The position numbers and the translations under genes are program-made. A model generated the notes under the pieces. The model was not told the origin of the DNA and did no database searches. It saw only the letters and a program-made list of their open reading frames with translations. Positions 9,127 to 18,120 of a stretch of 64,000 nucleotides of DNA are shown here, piece by piece (positions within the stretch are counted from its first letter, which is position 1; the number at the start of each line of letters is the position of its first letter). Source of the stretch: an uncultured virus (IMG/VR IMGVR_UViG_3300045131_000274) (lineage: Duplodnaviria > Heunggongvirae > Uroviricota > Caudoviricetes); IMG/VR virus record IMGVR_UViG_3300045131_000274, one strand, 5' to 3'.

Positions 9127-9614
9127 CGCCCACACCTATTTTGAGCGCAGTGGTCTAGCACTTCAAAAATACCATAGGCAGAAAGAAGTAGTGTTAAAAC
9201 TAACCCACCAATCAGTAAACCCAGTTCTAGATCTTCTTGGTCTGCTTTCTTTTTACGTTCAGCCGCTTCTTTTTCCCGTCTGGCATTGTGTGCGTCTTCT
9301 ACGTCCATCGCAGAGGCGCGGGCTTTAATCTTGTTCCACACATCTACTTTGTTGGCCTGAAAGAACAGCATCTGCAGTTCCTTCTCAAAGGTTGCCGCCT
9401 GATCCAATGCCATCTCAATTTGCAGGGCTGTACCCATAGAAGAGCCGCCTTTTTTCTTTGACTCTGCAACCGCTTTGTTAGCATCTGACTTGGCGTTAAA
9501 GTACTTGCCGAGCAGTGGGCCGAGCGAAGCTACATCGTCAACCGTTTTGGACGCTTGTTTAATTAACTTAACAGCACTCTGGATTCCCGCCAGTGCGGTT
9601 AGTGGATCAATCAC
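9123..9614 (-). CDS. Hypothetical coiled-coil protein with C-terminal TM
   Basis: Likely GTG start (MIDPLTALAG). C-terminal LGLLIGGLVLTLLLSAYGIF. Confidence 0.7.
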   Translation of the reverse strand: MIDPLTALAGIQSAVKLIKQASKTVDDVASLGPLLGKYFNAKSDANKAVAESKKKGGSSMGTALQIEMALDQAATFEKELQMLFFQANKVDVWNKIKARASAMDVEDAHNARREKEAAERKKKADQEDLELGLLIGGLVLTLLLSAYGIFEVLDHCAQNRCGR

Positions 9615-9706
9615 GGGAAGGCCCAGAGAACAATATAACTGCCCGCTATGACAAAGCAGGCTACACAAGCTGCGGCAATAATTGCTTCAGCCCAGTCCCA
9701 CATCAT
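9611..9706 (-). CDS. 31-aa single-TM micro-protein
   Basis: MMWDWAEAIIAAACVACFVIAGSYIVLWAFP. Its stop overlaps the next GTG (GTGA). AAGG upstream. Confidence 0.6.
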   Translation of the reverse strand: MMWDWAEAIIAAACVACFVIAGSYIVLWAFP

Positions 9707-10361
9707 CAACCTTAATTAATTTAATAAATTCAGCAAAGTTGTAGTTGTATATTTTTTGGCCGATATGAGAGCAAGTCATTGAAGGGTCAATCCAAACCTT
9801 CCCGCCACATGCCCGCCATGCTTGACAAAAGGCATTGTCTTCACTAACCAATTCACCATCAAAAGACAGCTTAACGTTAAACACAAGCCTATTTGCTACG
9901 CCGTGGTTTGTGTACGGCTCACTAACTTCCCAGACCTGTTGCAAAGCCTTCTTAGAAATTCGCATGAATCCGGTGCCAACGCACTCAACTTCTAACAAAT
10001 CATTTTCAGGCGCTAACAAACCTTGAGGCAGCATCTTGACGTTAAAGTCAATGTTGACATCGGATTTCTTTGGCACAGTTCCAGCCACCACATCTACCGG
10101 ATGATTGAGCAAACGAAAGACCCACTCTGGCTCCCATGCCTGATCGGAGTCAATAAATATTAAATCATCACAGTCTGTTTCCAAAGCCATGCGAACCAAA
10201 TCATTCCTTGCTCTTTGGATAAGGGCATCATGGGCAATCTGCACCGGATACAGCGCCACCTGATTCTGAGCAGCAAGACTCATGGTTCCCAGCAAAGAAT
10301 GCAGGAACTCCACATGTACTTTGCCGTCGTAACACGGCGTTCCAATTAAGACTTTTCTCAT
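9687..10361 (-). CDS. Glycosyltransferase (GT-A fold, GT2-like)
   Basis: VLIGTPCY, IQRARN, FIDSD (DxD), GTGFM, SEDNAFC and CSHIG motifs. Confidence 0.8.
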   Translation of the reverse strand: MRKVLIGTPCYDGKVHVEFLHSLLGTMSLAAQNQVALYPVQIAHDALIQRARNDLVRMALETDCDDLIFIDSDQAWEPEWVFRLLNHPVDVVAGTVPKKSDVNIDFNVKMLPQGLLAPENDLLEVECVGTGFMRISKKALQQVWEVSEPYTNHGVANRLVFNVKLSFDGELVSEDNAFCQAWRACGGKVWIDPSMTCSHIGQKIYNYNFAEFIKLIKVDDVGLG

Positions 10362-10362
10362 T

Positions 10363-12744
10363 TTATGGATGAGTTGCTTTGTACAGATCAAACTCTGCTT
10401 TAAGCTCTTGGATGGCTTTAACCAAAATTGGAATTAATGTGCCGGCAGAGGCTTCCAATCTATCAGGGTTAATATCAGACACCAAGTGTGGCACTGTAAC
10501 CCCTGCGGCATTTTGCGCTTGTTGAAGCTCTTGGGCAATAAAGCCAAATTCTGTAATACCAACCTTTTGGCCGTCACGCATGTTCCAATCAAAGGACACA
10601 GGGCGAAGTGCTTGCACAAAGTTTAAACCCGCTGGAATGTCCACAATGTTGGTTTTATCACGCGCATCGGACAACGCCGTAATAGATGTGACTTGGCATC
10701 GCAATGTAGTGATTGAGCCATCGCCCAAGGTAATTGTATTGTTGGCCGTAGGAGATGCTCCCATGGCGTTGTAACCAATAAATGTATTGCCAGTGCCTGT
10801 TGTGTTGGCTTGCGTTCCATTGCCATAACCTGATAAATAGCCAATAGCAGTATTGTTTACGCCTGTAGTATTTGAATACAGGGCAGTATCGCCTACTGCA
10901 GCATTGCCTGCGCCAATTGTATTTAAGTAAAGCGAGAGATAACCAACGGCTGTGTTTGACGAACCAGTGGTGGTAGTACGCAATGCGTTATACCCCAATG
11001 CCGCATTTCGGGAAGCGTTTGCTGTGTATAACGCGCCTCCTCCCACCGCCGTGTTTTGTGTACCGGTAGTGTTTACCGCTAAAGCGTCCGCGCCTATACC
11101 AACATTGTCCGTACCAACTGTATTTTGGCCTAATGAACCATACCCAACGGCAGTATTGGTAGTTCCTGTTGAGTTGGAAGTTAATGCTTGAAGCCCAACG
11201 GCAGTATTATTTGTACCGGTTGTATTGGTGTACAGTGCTTGCCAACCGCTTGCGGTATTTCCAGTGCCCACTGTGTTGTTGTACAAAGCGTTATAACCAA
11301 CTGCGCTGTTTCTAATACCAGTAGTATTTTTGTTTAGCGAGTTATATCCAACAGCAGTATTGTCGTTGCCTGTAGTGTTTAAATTCAAAGCAGCCGTTCC
11401 AACTGCAACGTTGTTATTGCCCGTTGTGTTGGTGGTTAAAGCTAAAGATCCAATAGCAATATTTTGTCCACCAGCCGTGTTAAAACGAAGTGCTAAATAA
11501 CCAATTCCAACATTATTAGTGCCATCTACATTACTAATAAGAGCGCTGCTCCCAACGGCCACATTGTTTATACCAGTAGTGTTGTTTAGTAACGCTGCAT
11601 AACCAACAGCCACATTATCGACACCCACGGTATTGTAGTAAAGTGCATTATTTCCAATAGCCGTGTTATTACTGCCGGTGGTGTTCCGATCTAAAGCAGC
11701 TGATCCTACAGCAACATTGTAGTTGCCAGATGTATTTAAACGTAATGCGTTAGCGCCTATGGCAATATTGTCACTTCCGCGTATGTTGGTAGTTAATGCA
11801 AAATATCCAACTGCCACGTTTGCACCCCCAATAGTATTTGAATTGAGGGCTAGATAACCAACTGCCGTATTATTAGTGCCTGTCGTATTAGACGCTAATG
11901 CGCTGTTACCAACTGCTGTGCTTGCGTTTGGGGAAGCACCGCTCCCTGCGCCTTTACCGACTGTCAAACCTTGCAAGCTAGAACTACCCGTCACTGTAAG
12001 AGTGGAGGAAGCTGTTATGGTTGTAAACGCTCCCGTTGCAGGAGTGGTTGCACCCACAGTGCCATTGATGTTAAAGCTGGCTGCAGTTCCGGTAATGTTT
12101 GTTCCCACCATTGAAGCTGGGGTATTTAGGATCGCACCATTACCTAACGTAGCTACACCGGTAACACCTAATGTTCCGGACAAAGTAGCACTCGCGCCAG
12201 CCAATGTGCCCGTGATAGTGGGGGAGGCTGAAAGAACCAGATTACCACTACCTGTGGAAGTGGTTGTGCCCGTGCCACCGCTAGTAACTGGCAAAGCAGC
12301 GCCTAGCGTTAAAGAACTGAAATGTGAAGCCGCATCGACAACGTTTGTGCCGTTGTTGAAAACCAACGTAGCTTTACCAGCTGGAACAGTGATGCCTGTG
12401 CCGGTCGTATTCTTAACGGTTTTTGCGCCTGTCCCCGTGTTGTTAATCAGGTAAAACTTTTCAATCTGGCAACCTGAACCCAAGATTAAATTGCGTACAG
12501 AACCAATTCCGGTAGAGCTTTCAGTAATATTTAAACGCAAGTTTCTAGCAGCTTGCGTAGTAATGACGTCAGTAAGTGTGATTGTGACATCCGCATCTGT
12601 AGAAAAGTCTACCGTGGCGGAGCCTGTAATGGCCTCCCCCAGAACCGCGTCACCTAAGTTAGTGTTGGTGAGCGTTCCCCAAGTGCCTGAATTTGCACCA
12701 GTTTCAAGCAATTCTACTTTTAGCGCAGACCATGATGATGACAT
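10363..12744 (-). CDS. Tail fibre/spike with beta-helix repeats and C-terminal intramolecular chaperone (peptidase S74)
   Basis: About 20 copies of a ~17-aa NTTG..N.AVG..AL repeat. Ends with SDARDKTNI...LRPVSFDW...GFIAQE...LVKAIQEL. Confidence 0.88.
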   Translation of the reverse strand: MSSSWSALKVELLETGANSGTWGTLTNTNLGDAVLGEAITGSATVDFSTDADVTITLTDVITTQAARNLRLNITESSTGIGSVRNLILGSGCQIEKFYLINNTGTGAKTVKNTTGTGITVPAGKATLVFNNGTNVVDAASHFSSLTLGAALPVTSGGTGTTTSTGSGNLVLSASPTITGTLAGASATLSGTLGVTGVATLGNGAILNTPASMVGTNITGTAASFNINGTVGATTPATGAFTTITASSTLTVTGSSSLQGLTVGKGAGSGASPNASTAVGNSALASNTTGTNNTAVGYLALNSNTIGGANVAVGYFALTTNIRGSDNIAIGANALRLNTSGNYNVAVGSAALDRNTTGSNNTAIGNNALYYNTVGVDNVAVGYAALLNNTTGINNVAVGSSALISNVDGTNNVGIGYLALRFNTAGGQNIAIGSLALTTNTTGNNNVAVGTAALNLNTTGNDNTAVGYNSLNKNTTGIRNSAVGYNALYNNTVGTGNTASGWQALYTNTTGTNNTAVGLQALTSNSTGTTNTAVGYGSLGQNTVGTDNVGIGADALAVNTTGTQNTAVGGGALYTANASRNAALGYNALRTTTTGSSNTAVGYLSLYLNTIGAGNAAVGDTALYSNTTGVNNTAIGYLSGYGNGTQANTTGTGNTFIGYNAMGASPTANNTITLGDGSITTLRCQVTSITALSDARDKTNIVDIPAGLNFVQALRPVSFDWNMRDGQKVGITEFGFIAQELQQAQNAAGVTVPHLVSDINPDRLEASAGTLIPILVKAIQELKAEFDLYKATHP

Positions 12745-12781
12745 TTTATACTCCCAATTTGTTTAAACACTTATGCCGTAC

Positions 12782-13450
12782 TTACGGGATAACCGGGTAC
12801 CAGCCCGGTGTTTGCTGATCGTCTACATCACCCCAACCGGGGTTCTGCGTATTGTCTACATTTTGCCAGTTTATGGTCTGGCTGTCATCTACATTTGTCC
12901 AAGCGGCTGACTGTGTATTGTTAATGTCACCCCAGTTTGGAATCTGGCTGTCGTCCACCGGCTCCCACAAATATGCGGCAAAGAACGCATCGGATGCGGT
13001 CAGACTGGTCAGCAGGGTAACGTTATAGATACTGCCCGCAGGGTTGTAGTCGTCTGTTGCTGTAGAGCTTTCGCTAACTACCGCACCAAATATGGACGGG
13101 GCAACCAGAACAAAATCTGTGGCCGTCGCGCTTTCCTGTAGGGCTGCTACAAATGTAGCAAATGCCGATACAGAATCCGTTGCCGTGGCTGTTTCCGCTA
13201 TGGCAGCTACAAATGTAGCAAATGCCGAGGTAGTATCCGTTGCCGTTGCGCTTTCGCTGACGTTGGAGGCAAAGCCTGCCCCCGCGTTTACACTGTCCGT
13301 GGCTGTAGCGCTTTCGGCAATGACCGAGATTTGGGTTGCTTGGGTGCTGACTGTATCAGTTGCTACCGCGCTTTCCGCAAGGACAGCCGCATACGCACTC
13401 CACAAGAGAGACGATATGGGAGCCTGCGAGAAAGCATTAAACCCAAACAT
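12782..13450 (-). CDS. Tail-associated structural protein with ESATATD repeats
   Basis: ~19-aa Ala/Thr repeats and C-terminal W..VDD.Q repeats. Confidence 0.65.
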   Translation of the reverse strand: MFGFNAFSQAPISSLLWSAYAAVLAESAVATDTVSTQATQISVIAESATATDSVNAGAGFASNVSESATATDTTSAFATFVAAIAETATATDSVSAFATFVAALQESATATDFVLVAPSIFGAVVSESSTATDDYNPAGSIYNVTLLTSLTASDAFFAAYLWEPVDDSQIPNWGDINNTQSAAWTNVDDSQTINWQNVDNTQNPGWGDVDDQQTPGWYPVIP

Positions 13451-13466
13451 TTAGCAGTAACCCCAA

Positions 13467-14117
13467 TTACATTGCATACGAATTATTTTTGCTTAAATTT
13501 TCGATGGCCGTTAAAACTTGTAAATTCCACGGCACATGAAGACCTGATGCAATTTTAGCCTTTAAAGGAATGATATGGTCGACATGATGCTTGACCCCTG
13601 TTTGCATTTCTAATGCTGTTGCCACTTCGTAATACTCAGCAATTTGAGCTTTATGGATAGCGGTCAACCAGTCTGGGGTTGCATTTAGTTCGGAAGCCCG
13701 TCTTCGTGCACGTTTGGCTTTTGCAATACCAGCGTTATTTTTAAACCATTCTTTACCTTGCAAACGCCTTTTTTCAGCGTATTCAGGATTTGCATAACGC
13801 TCTCGGCTTTTTTCTTTAAGAATCTCTAATTGTTTTAGACGATATTCTTCATCAGAATGCCATCTTTGTTTTTTCTGTTCTTTATGTTTGGCGTAATTTT
13901 CTGGGTTTTTAAACTTGTATTCTTTTAGCAATTCATTGCGCTTAACAACTGCTTCAGGATATTTTGCCCAATAACGCAACATATAGAGCCGATGGCACTC
14001 AACACAACGACCGGTATTGGTATTGCGTTCTACAGTATGCCCATTCTTGCAAGGCACATTGGTAAAGTATCTGTCTTTACCTTCTGCCTTTGCTTTTGCT
14101 CTAATGTCGCATTTCAT
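13467..14117 (-). CDS. HNH endonuclease (free-standing, homing type)
   Basis: HHVDHIIPL...GLHVPWNLQVLTAIENLSK, plus an N-terminal PCKNGH...CVEC Zn motif. Confidence 0.9.
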   Translation of the reverse strand: MKCDIRAKAKAEGKDRYFTNVPCKNGHTVERNTNTGRCVECHRLYMLRYWAKYPEAVVKRNELLKEYKFKNPENYAKHKEQKKQRWHSDEEYRLKQLEILKEKSRERYANPEYAEKRRLQGKEWFKNNAGIAKAKRARRRASELNATPDWLTAIHKAQIAEYYEVATALEMQTGVKHHVDHIIPLKAKIASGLHVPWNLQVLTAIENLSKNNSYAM

Positions 14118-14118
14118 A

Positions 14119-14388
14119 TTAGCAATCTGTTGCGCCTTCGTATTGCGTGAATGTTTTTAACACGTTATAGATTGCAGGGATTAAATCGCCTTGCAATGAT
14201 TCCATATTGATGTAATGGGCCTGCTGTTGGATGCTGGGCCAACCTGCTCGGCGGGCTTCTTCCGTGGCGTGAATCTCAACCTGCACCTGAAGCTGGTCTT
14301 TTGTGCCAAAAAAGTTCGTGATCCTAGCGTAAGCCTGAGTTTCAGACTGACCGTTGGTGTTATTTGTTGCAACTATTTTGAGTGCCAT
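14119..14388 (-). CDS. Small tail-fibre-associated protein
   Basis: Start MALKI. Ends YNVLKTFTQYEGATDC. Follows the fibre genes. Confidence 0.6.
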   Translation of the reverse strand: MALKIVATNNTNGQSETQAYARITNFFGTKDQLQVQVEIHATEEARRAGWPSIQQQAHYINMESLQGDLIPAIYNVLKTFTQYEGATDC

Positions 14389-14392
14389 GATG

Positions 14393-14695
14393 TTAGTTCC
14401 AAGGTAAAGGAGCAGGTTGGGGGGTAGGAATAGCGGCCTGTGCAATGAGCATGTCCACTTCGTTTTCCATAGCGGCTACGCGGTCTGGGCCAAGGGCGGC
14501 TTGTGTCCACGCTAAAGCTTGTTCCTGTGTGATTTGGTCAAACGGCGTGAAGTCGTCGGGGTTTGCAGGTAGCAAGTTGACCGAATAGTTGACCTGTTGT
14601 CCGTCTTTGGCAATGGTGAAATTGCTCATCACAACGGTTTGGGGTTCAGGTGTGTTCATGACCTGAAGTGAATTGATTGTCCATACAAATGCCAT
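14393..14695 (-). CDS. Small tail-fibre-associated protein
   Basis: MAFVWTI...FTPFDQITQEQALAW...PLPWN, with GGAG RBS. Confidence 0.65.
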   Translation of the reverse strand: MAFVWTINSLQVMNTPEPQTVVMSNFTIAKDGQQVNYSVNLLPANPDDFTPFDQITQEQALAWTQAALGPDRVAAMENEVDMLIAQAAIPTPQPAPLPWN

Positions 14696-14697
14696 GA

Positions 14698-14862
14698 TTA
14701 CTCCTGTGTGATGGCTTGCGCCTTGACTTGCTCAAATTGAGCGGCTTCTTGTTGCTGTTTGGCAATGTTGTTCATCACCAGAAAAGCACCTGTCTTAGAC
14801 GGCATTTCGCCCAAAACGTCCATGATGAATTTTACTTCGTCATCTGATAATTCAAGTTTCAT
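14698..14862 (-). CDS. Small hypothetical protein (possible fibre chaperone)
   Basis: MKLELSDDEV..LGEMP, with AGGAG RBS directly after the fibre stop. Confidence 0.6.
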   Translation of the reverse strand: MKLELSDDEVKFIMDVLGEMPSKTGAFLVMNNIAKQQQEAAQFEQVKAQAITQE

Positions 14863-14873
14863 AGGTTCTCCTG

Positions 14874-17453
14874 TTAGTAAGTCATTTCCACAGTGGAAAT
14901 TTTTGCCACGGTTCGTATTGTAGTACTCGCTTGCCCTGTGAATGTAACTGCTAACCCGCCATTGGTAGTGTCTGCTGTTACTGCTATCACCCAAGTGGAT
15001 GCCCCTGCATCTGCGTATGTTGAGGTGACTGTTGGTGTTCCAACAAGGGCAGTCGAGGCGGCATTAGCACCACGCTTGATGACACCCTCAATAGTCCAAC
15101 CTTTTGTGTTACCACCGCCTGTTACACCTGCTACTACTTCTCCTGTAAAGAAATAGGCTGAGTTGTTGGGCATGATGACTTGATTGGTTGACCCTGCGGC
15201 ACTTGAGTCAGAGCGTAATATTGTTGGGGTAGCATCTGTTGTTTGGCGCGCAAGAATCAAAATTGCACATTGATTTACACCTGCATTTGAAGCAATAGGT
15301 AAAGAAGCCGCAGGAATTACAGCATTTCCAACAATACCTCTAGTAGTTCCTAATAAACCACCTAATACGCTTGAATAAGCTCCTGAAGCTGTATTGTCAG
15401 AACCACCAAGAATAGAAGAATTATTTCCAGTAGCAACTTGTGATTGCCCACCAGCTACAACAGATAATGTCCCAGAGGCCGTGCTATTCCAACCACCGCC
15501 AATTGTTGATAAAGCACCACTTGCAGTATTTCCAAAAGTATCTGTTCCGCTAGTACCACCACCTGCAACAGTAGAACCTGAACCACTTGCTGTGTTCTTA
15601 CGTCCACCACCAACAACAGACCAATCCCCAGAAGCAACATTCCTGTTACCAGCCGTTCCAGCATCACCACCACCGCCAATAAAGGAATATGAACCAGTAG
15701 CGGTGTTGTTTCCTCCTCCTACTACGATTCCGTGAGGGGTAAAGAAACTGAGTGTGCTAGTGGACGAGCCTGATGCTACTTTGGAAAGGGTAAGTGATGT
15801 ACCAGAAATAGCGGCTACATAGGTGTCGTCACCAATAGATGTTCCGCTAATGTACTGACCAACTTTAATGTTGGCATTTGAGCCTGACAATGTAACCGCT
15901 GTTGTAGCGTTCATTGTGCCAGATTGGGTTGTTACAGCAGAAGACGAAGTTCCACTATTTGTAAAACCACCACCAACAAAATTAAAAACTCCTGACGCGG
16001 TGTTACTCTTTCCACCTACGATATTTTGATAAGCATTTGTTCCTGTGGTATTTGAAGAACCCCCGCCAATGAAACTATACGTTGCAGTATTTGTATTATT
16101 TTGACCGCCAAAAATACCAGAATAAGTATTTGAAACAGCGTTAGTAGCACCACCACCAATATTAGAAGCCGTGGCAGATACAGTATTAGAAACACCGCCT
16201 GAAATTGTAGACCATTGACCAGATGCAACTTGAGTCGCAGTAGCCCTAGCAGTACTCCAATCCACCGCATTAGCACCCCTAGCATTACCACCTGTAGCTG
16301 TGGAATCTGTTAGTTGAGCCTGTAGCGCACCAGTACCTTGAGGCTGAACAACCAATGGAATGTTTGTGTCTGAGCCAGCCGCCCTTATAACTGCGCCAAA
16401 GCCTGTCGCAGAGCCTGTCATTTGCACCCAATTTACCGTTGATGCCGTGTTTGTAAAACGTGCTTGCCGAACAGCGCCACCGTTTGTCAAAATATCAATT
16501 GACTCTGTTCCTTTGGAAAACAAATTCATTCTAATATTAGAGTCAGAACCTTGAGCAGAAATTGCTACAGGTGAACCAGTAATGCTTCCCGTTACTTGTA
16601 CATAGTTAACAGCAGAGGCTGTGTGGGATACTTCCATTTGTGTTGGAGTTGTGCCAGCAGTTTTAAAAAGGATTGAACTAGACCCTTTTGATGAAATCAC
16701 AAGCGGCACGTTTGTATCCGAACCATTAGCTAACAAGTATGGCGCACTACTAGTTACCGACCCAGAAACTTGTATATAGTTAACAGCAGAGGCTGTGTGG
16801 GCTACAGTAAGTTGTGTTGCACCTGATGTATCTGTTTGAACGAATAATGACCCACTAGATATTTGAATTGCACCACTTGTATGCGTTGAACGCAATATGG
16901 GAAAACTTGTAGAGCCAAATGCTTCCCAATAATTAGTAGCACTACCAATATCAGTACGCACACGAAAGTGTGTCCCACTATTACCCGTTACAGTCGTTGA
17001 ACCTGTACCTTTATTTGCAATGTTAAAACTAATATTTGTATCACTTCCCTGTGCGCTTATCGTTGGCCCTGAACCTGTAGCACCGCCTGTTACCTGAACG
17101 TAATTGACTGCGGATGCTGTGTGGGAAATGTTGGCTTGAATATTTAAATTAGAATTGTTATTTGAGTTTGTACCTAAAAATAAGTTACCTGTGCCTTTAG
17201 ACATAAGGATTAAATTTGAGGCAGCACCAGACCCGTATGGTGTCATGTAAAGTGAGTTTTGCCCAGAACTTCCAGCAAAAATACCAAGACCAGCAATTGT
17301 TGTTGCGCTAAAATCGGCAACTCTAACCGCAGTGCCATTACCAGTGTTTAAATTAACAACACCCGCACTTTTAGAAGTCAGGTTTAAGTCAGCATTACTT
17401 GCTGTGTCTGTAACATTCAGCGTGTTTGTATATTGGTCAAGATTGATTGTCAT
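14874..17453 (-). CDS. Tail fibre protein 2 (859 aa)
   Basis: HTASAVNY.QV.G repeats and GGG..N.ASG beta-helix repeats. Paralogous to 18120-21104. Confidence 0.8.
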   Translation of the reverse strand: MTINLDQYTNTLNVTDTASNADLNLTSKSAGVVNLNTGNGTAVRVADFSATTIAGLGIFAGSSGQNSLYMTPYGSGAASNLILMSKGTGNLFLGTNSNNNSNLNIQANISHTASAVNYVQVTGGATGSGPTISAQGSDTNISFNIANKGTGSTTVTGNSGTHFRVRTDIGSATNYWEAFGSTSFPILRSTHTSGAIQISSGSLFVQTDTSGATQLTVAHTASAVNYIQVSGSVTSSAPYLLANGSDTNVPLVISSKGSSSILFKTAGTTPTQMEVSHTASAVNYVQVTGSITGSPVAISAQGSDSNIRMNLFSKGTESIDILTNGGAVRQARFTNTASTVNWVQMTGSATGFGAVIRAAGSDTNIPLVVQPQGTGALQAQLTDSTATGGNARGANAVDWSTARATATQVASGQWSTISGGVSNTVSATASNIGGGATNAVSNTYSGIFGGQNNTNTATYSFIGGGSSNTTGTNAYQNIVGGKSNTASGVFNFVGGGFTNSGTSSSAVTTQSGTMNATTAVTLSGSNANIKVGQYISGTSIGDDTYVAAISGTSLTLSKVASGSSTSTLSFFTPHGIVVGGGNNTATGSYSFIGGGGDAGTAGNRNVASGDWSVVGGGRKNTASGSGSTVAGGGTSGTDTFGNTASGALSTIGGGWNSTASGTLSVVAGGQSQVATGNNSSILGGSDNTASGAYSSVLGGLLGTTRGIVGNAVIPAASLPIASNAGVNQCAILILARQTTDATPTILRSDSSAAGSTNQVIMPNNSAYFFTGEVVAGVTGGGNTKGWTIEGVIKRGANAASTALVGTPTVTSTYADAGASTWVIAVTADTTNGGLAVTFTGQASTTIRTVAKISTVEMTY

Positions 17454-17454
17454 A

Positions 17455-18120
17455 TTAGTAAACCAGTTCTACAGTCATTTGCTCGACATATTCTTGAAAT
17501 TGCTCAGCAGTATTTTTACCAAACCCAAACAGTCTATGAAACTGCGTGTGATGCACACCACACAAAGTAACGCCATTATCTACATCAAACCGCTTTTCGG
17601 GGAAAATCTCAAAGGCATCCAAATGATGAGCCGCTAAAGTTCTTGTGTTTTCACCACAAATTTTACACATATAGCCATCACGCACAAAGACTGCATTACG
17701 CCAATCTTTGGCATCAGCGGAATGGCGGATTCGGTTATTCAATACTGTGTTGTGCAATTCTTTAGGCTTCCAACAAGCATTGTTTTCACCTCGATTAGAT
17801 TTACCACGACATTGAACACAGCGTGTAGCATTTCTACTTCCTAACAATTTATTGCAATCAATGCACTTATTGTTGCCACCTTTCCATGTAGGACTGCTTT
17901 CACCTTTGCGGTCTGGATAAACAACATCACTGTATGTCACATATTTTGGTTTAGTTTCTATGCCATACTTTTTAAACCGCCTTAAGACAGTAAGTTTGGC
18001 GCATGGGATGCTTTCACAAATATTTAAAAGTGATTTGTTTTTATCAAAATATTCCGAACGCAACCATTCTGGGTTATCCAGTAGATGTGCGTTTGGTGAT
18101 TTAACTCTTGGGGTATTCAT
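17455..18120 (-). CDS. HNH endonuclease inserted between the two fibre genes
   Basis: WRNAVFVRDGYMCKIC...AHHL...NGVTLC..HH..FH. Start at 18120 overlaps the fibre stop (TAATG). Confidence 0.88.
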   Translation of the reverse strand: MNTPRVKSPNAHLLDNPEWLRSEYFDKNKSLLNICESIPCAKLTVLRRFKKYGIETKPKYVTYSDVVYPDRKGESSPTWKGGNNKCIDCNKLLGSRNATRCVQCRGKSNRGENNACWKPKELHNTVLNNRIRHSADAKDWRNAVFVRDGYMCKICGENTRTLAAHHLDAFEIFPEKRFDVDNGVTLCGVHHTQFHRLFGFGKNTAEQFQEYVEQMTVELVY

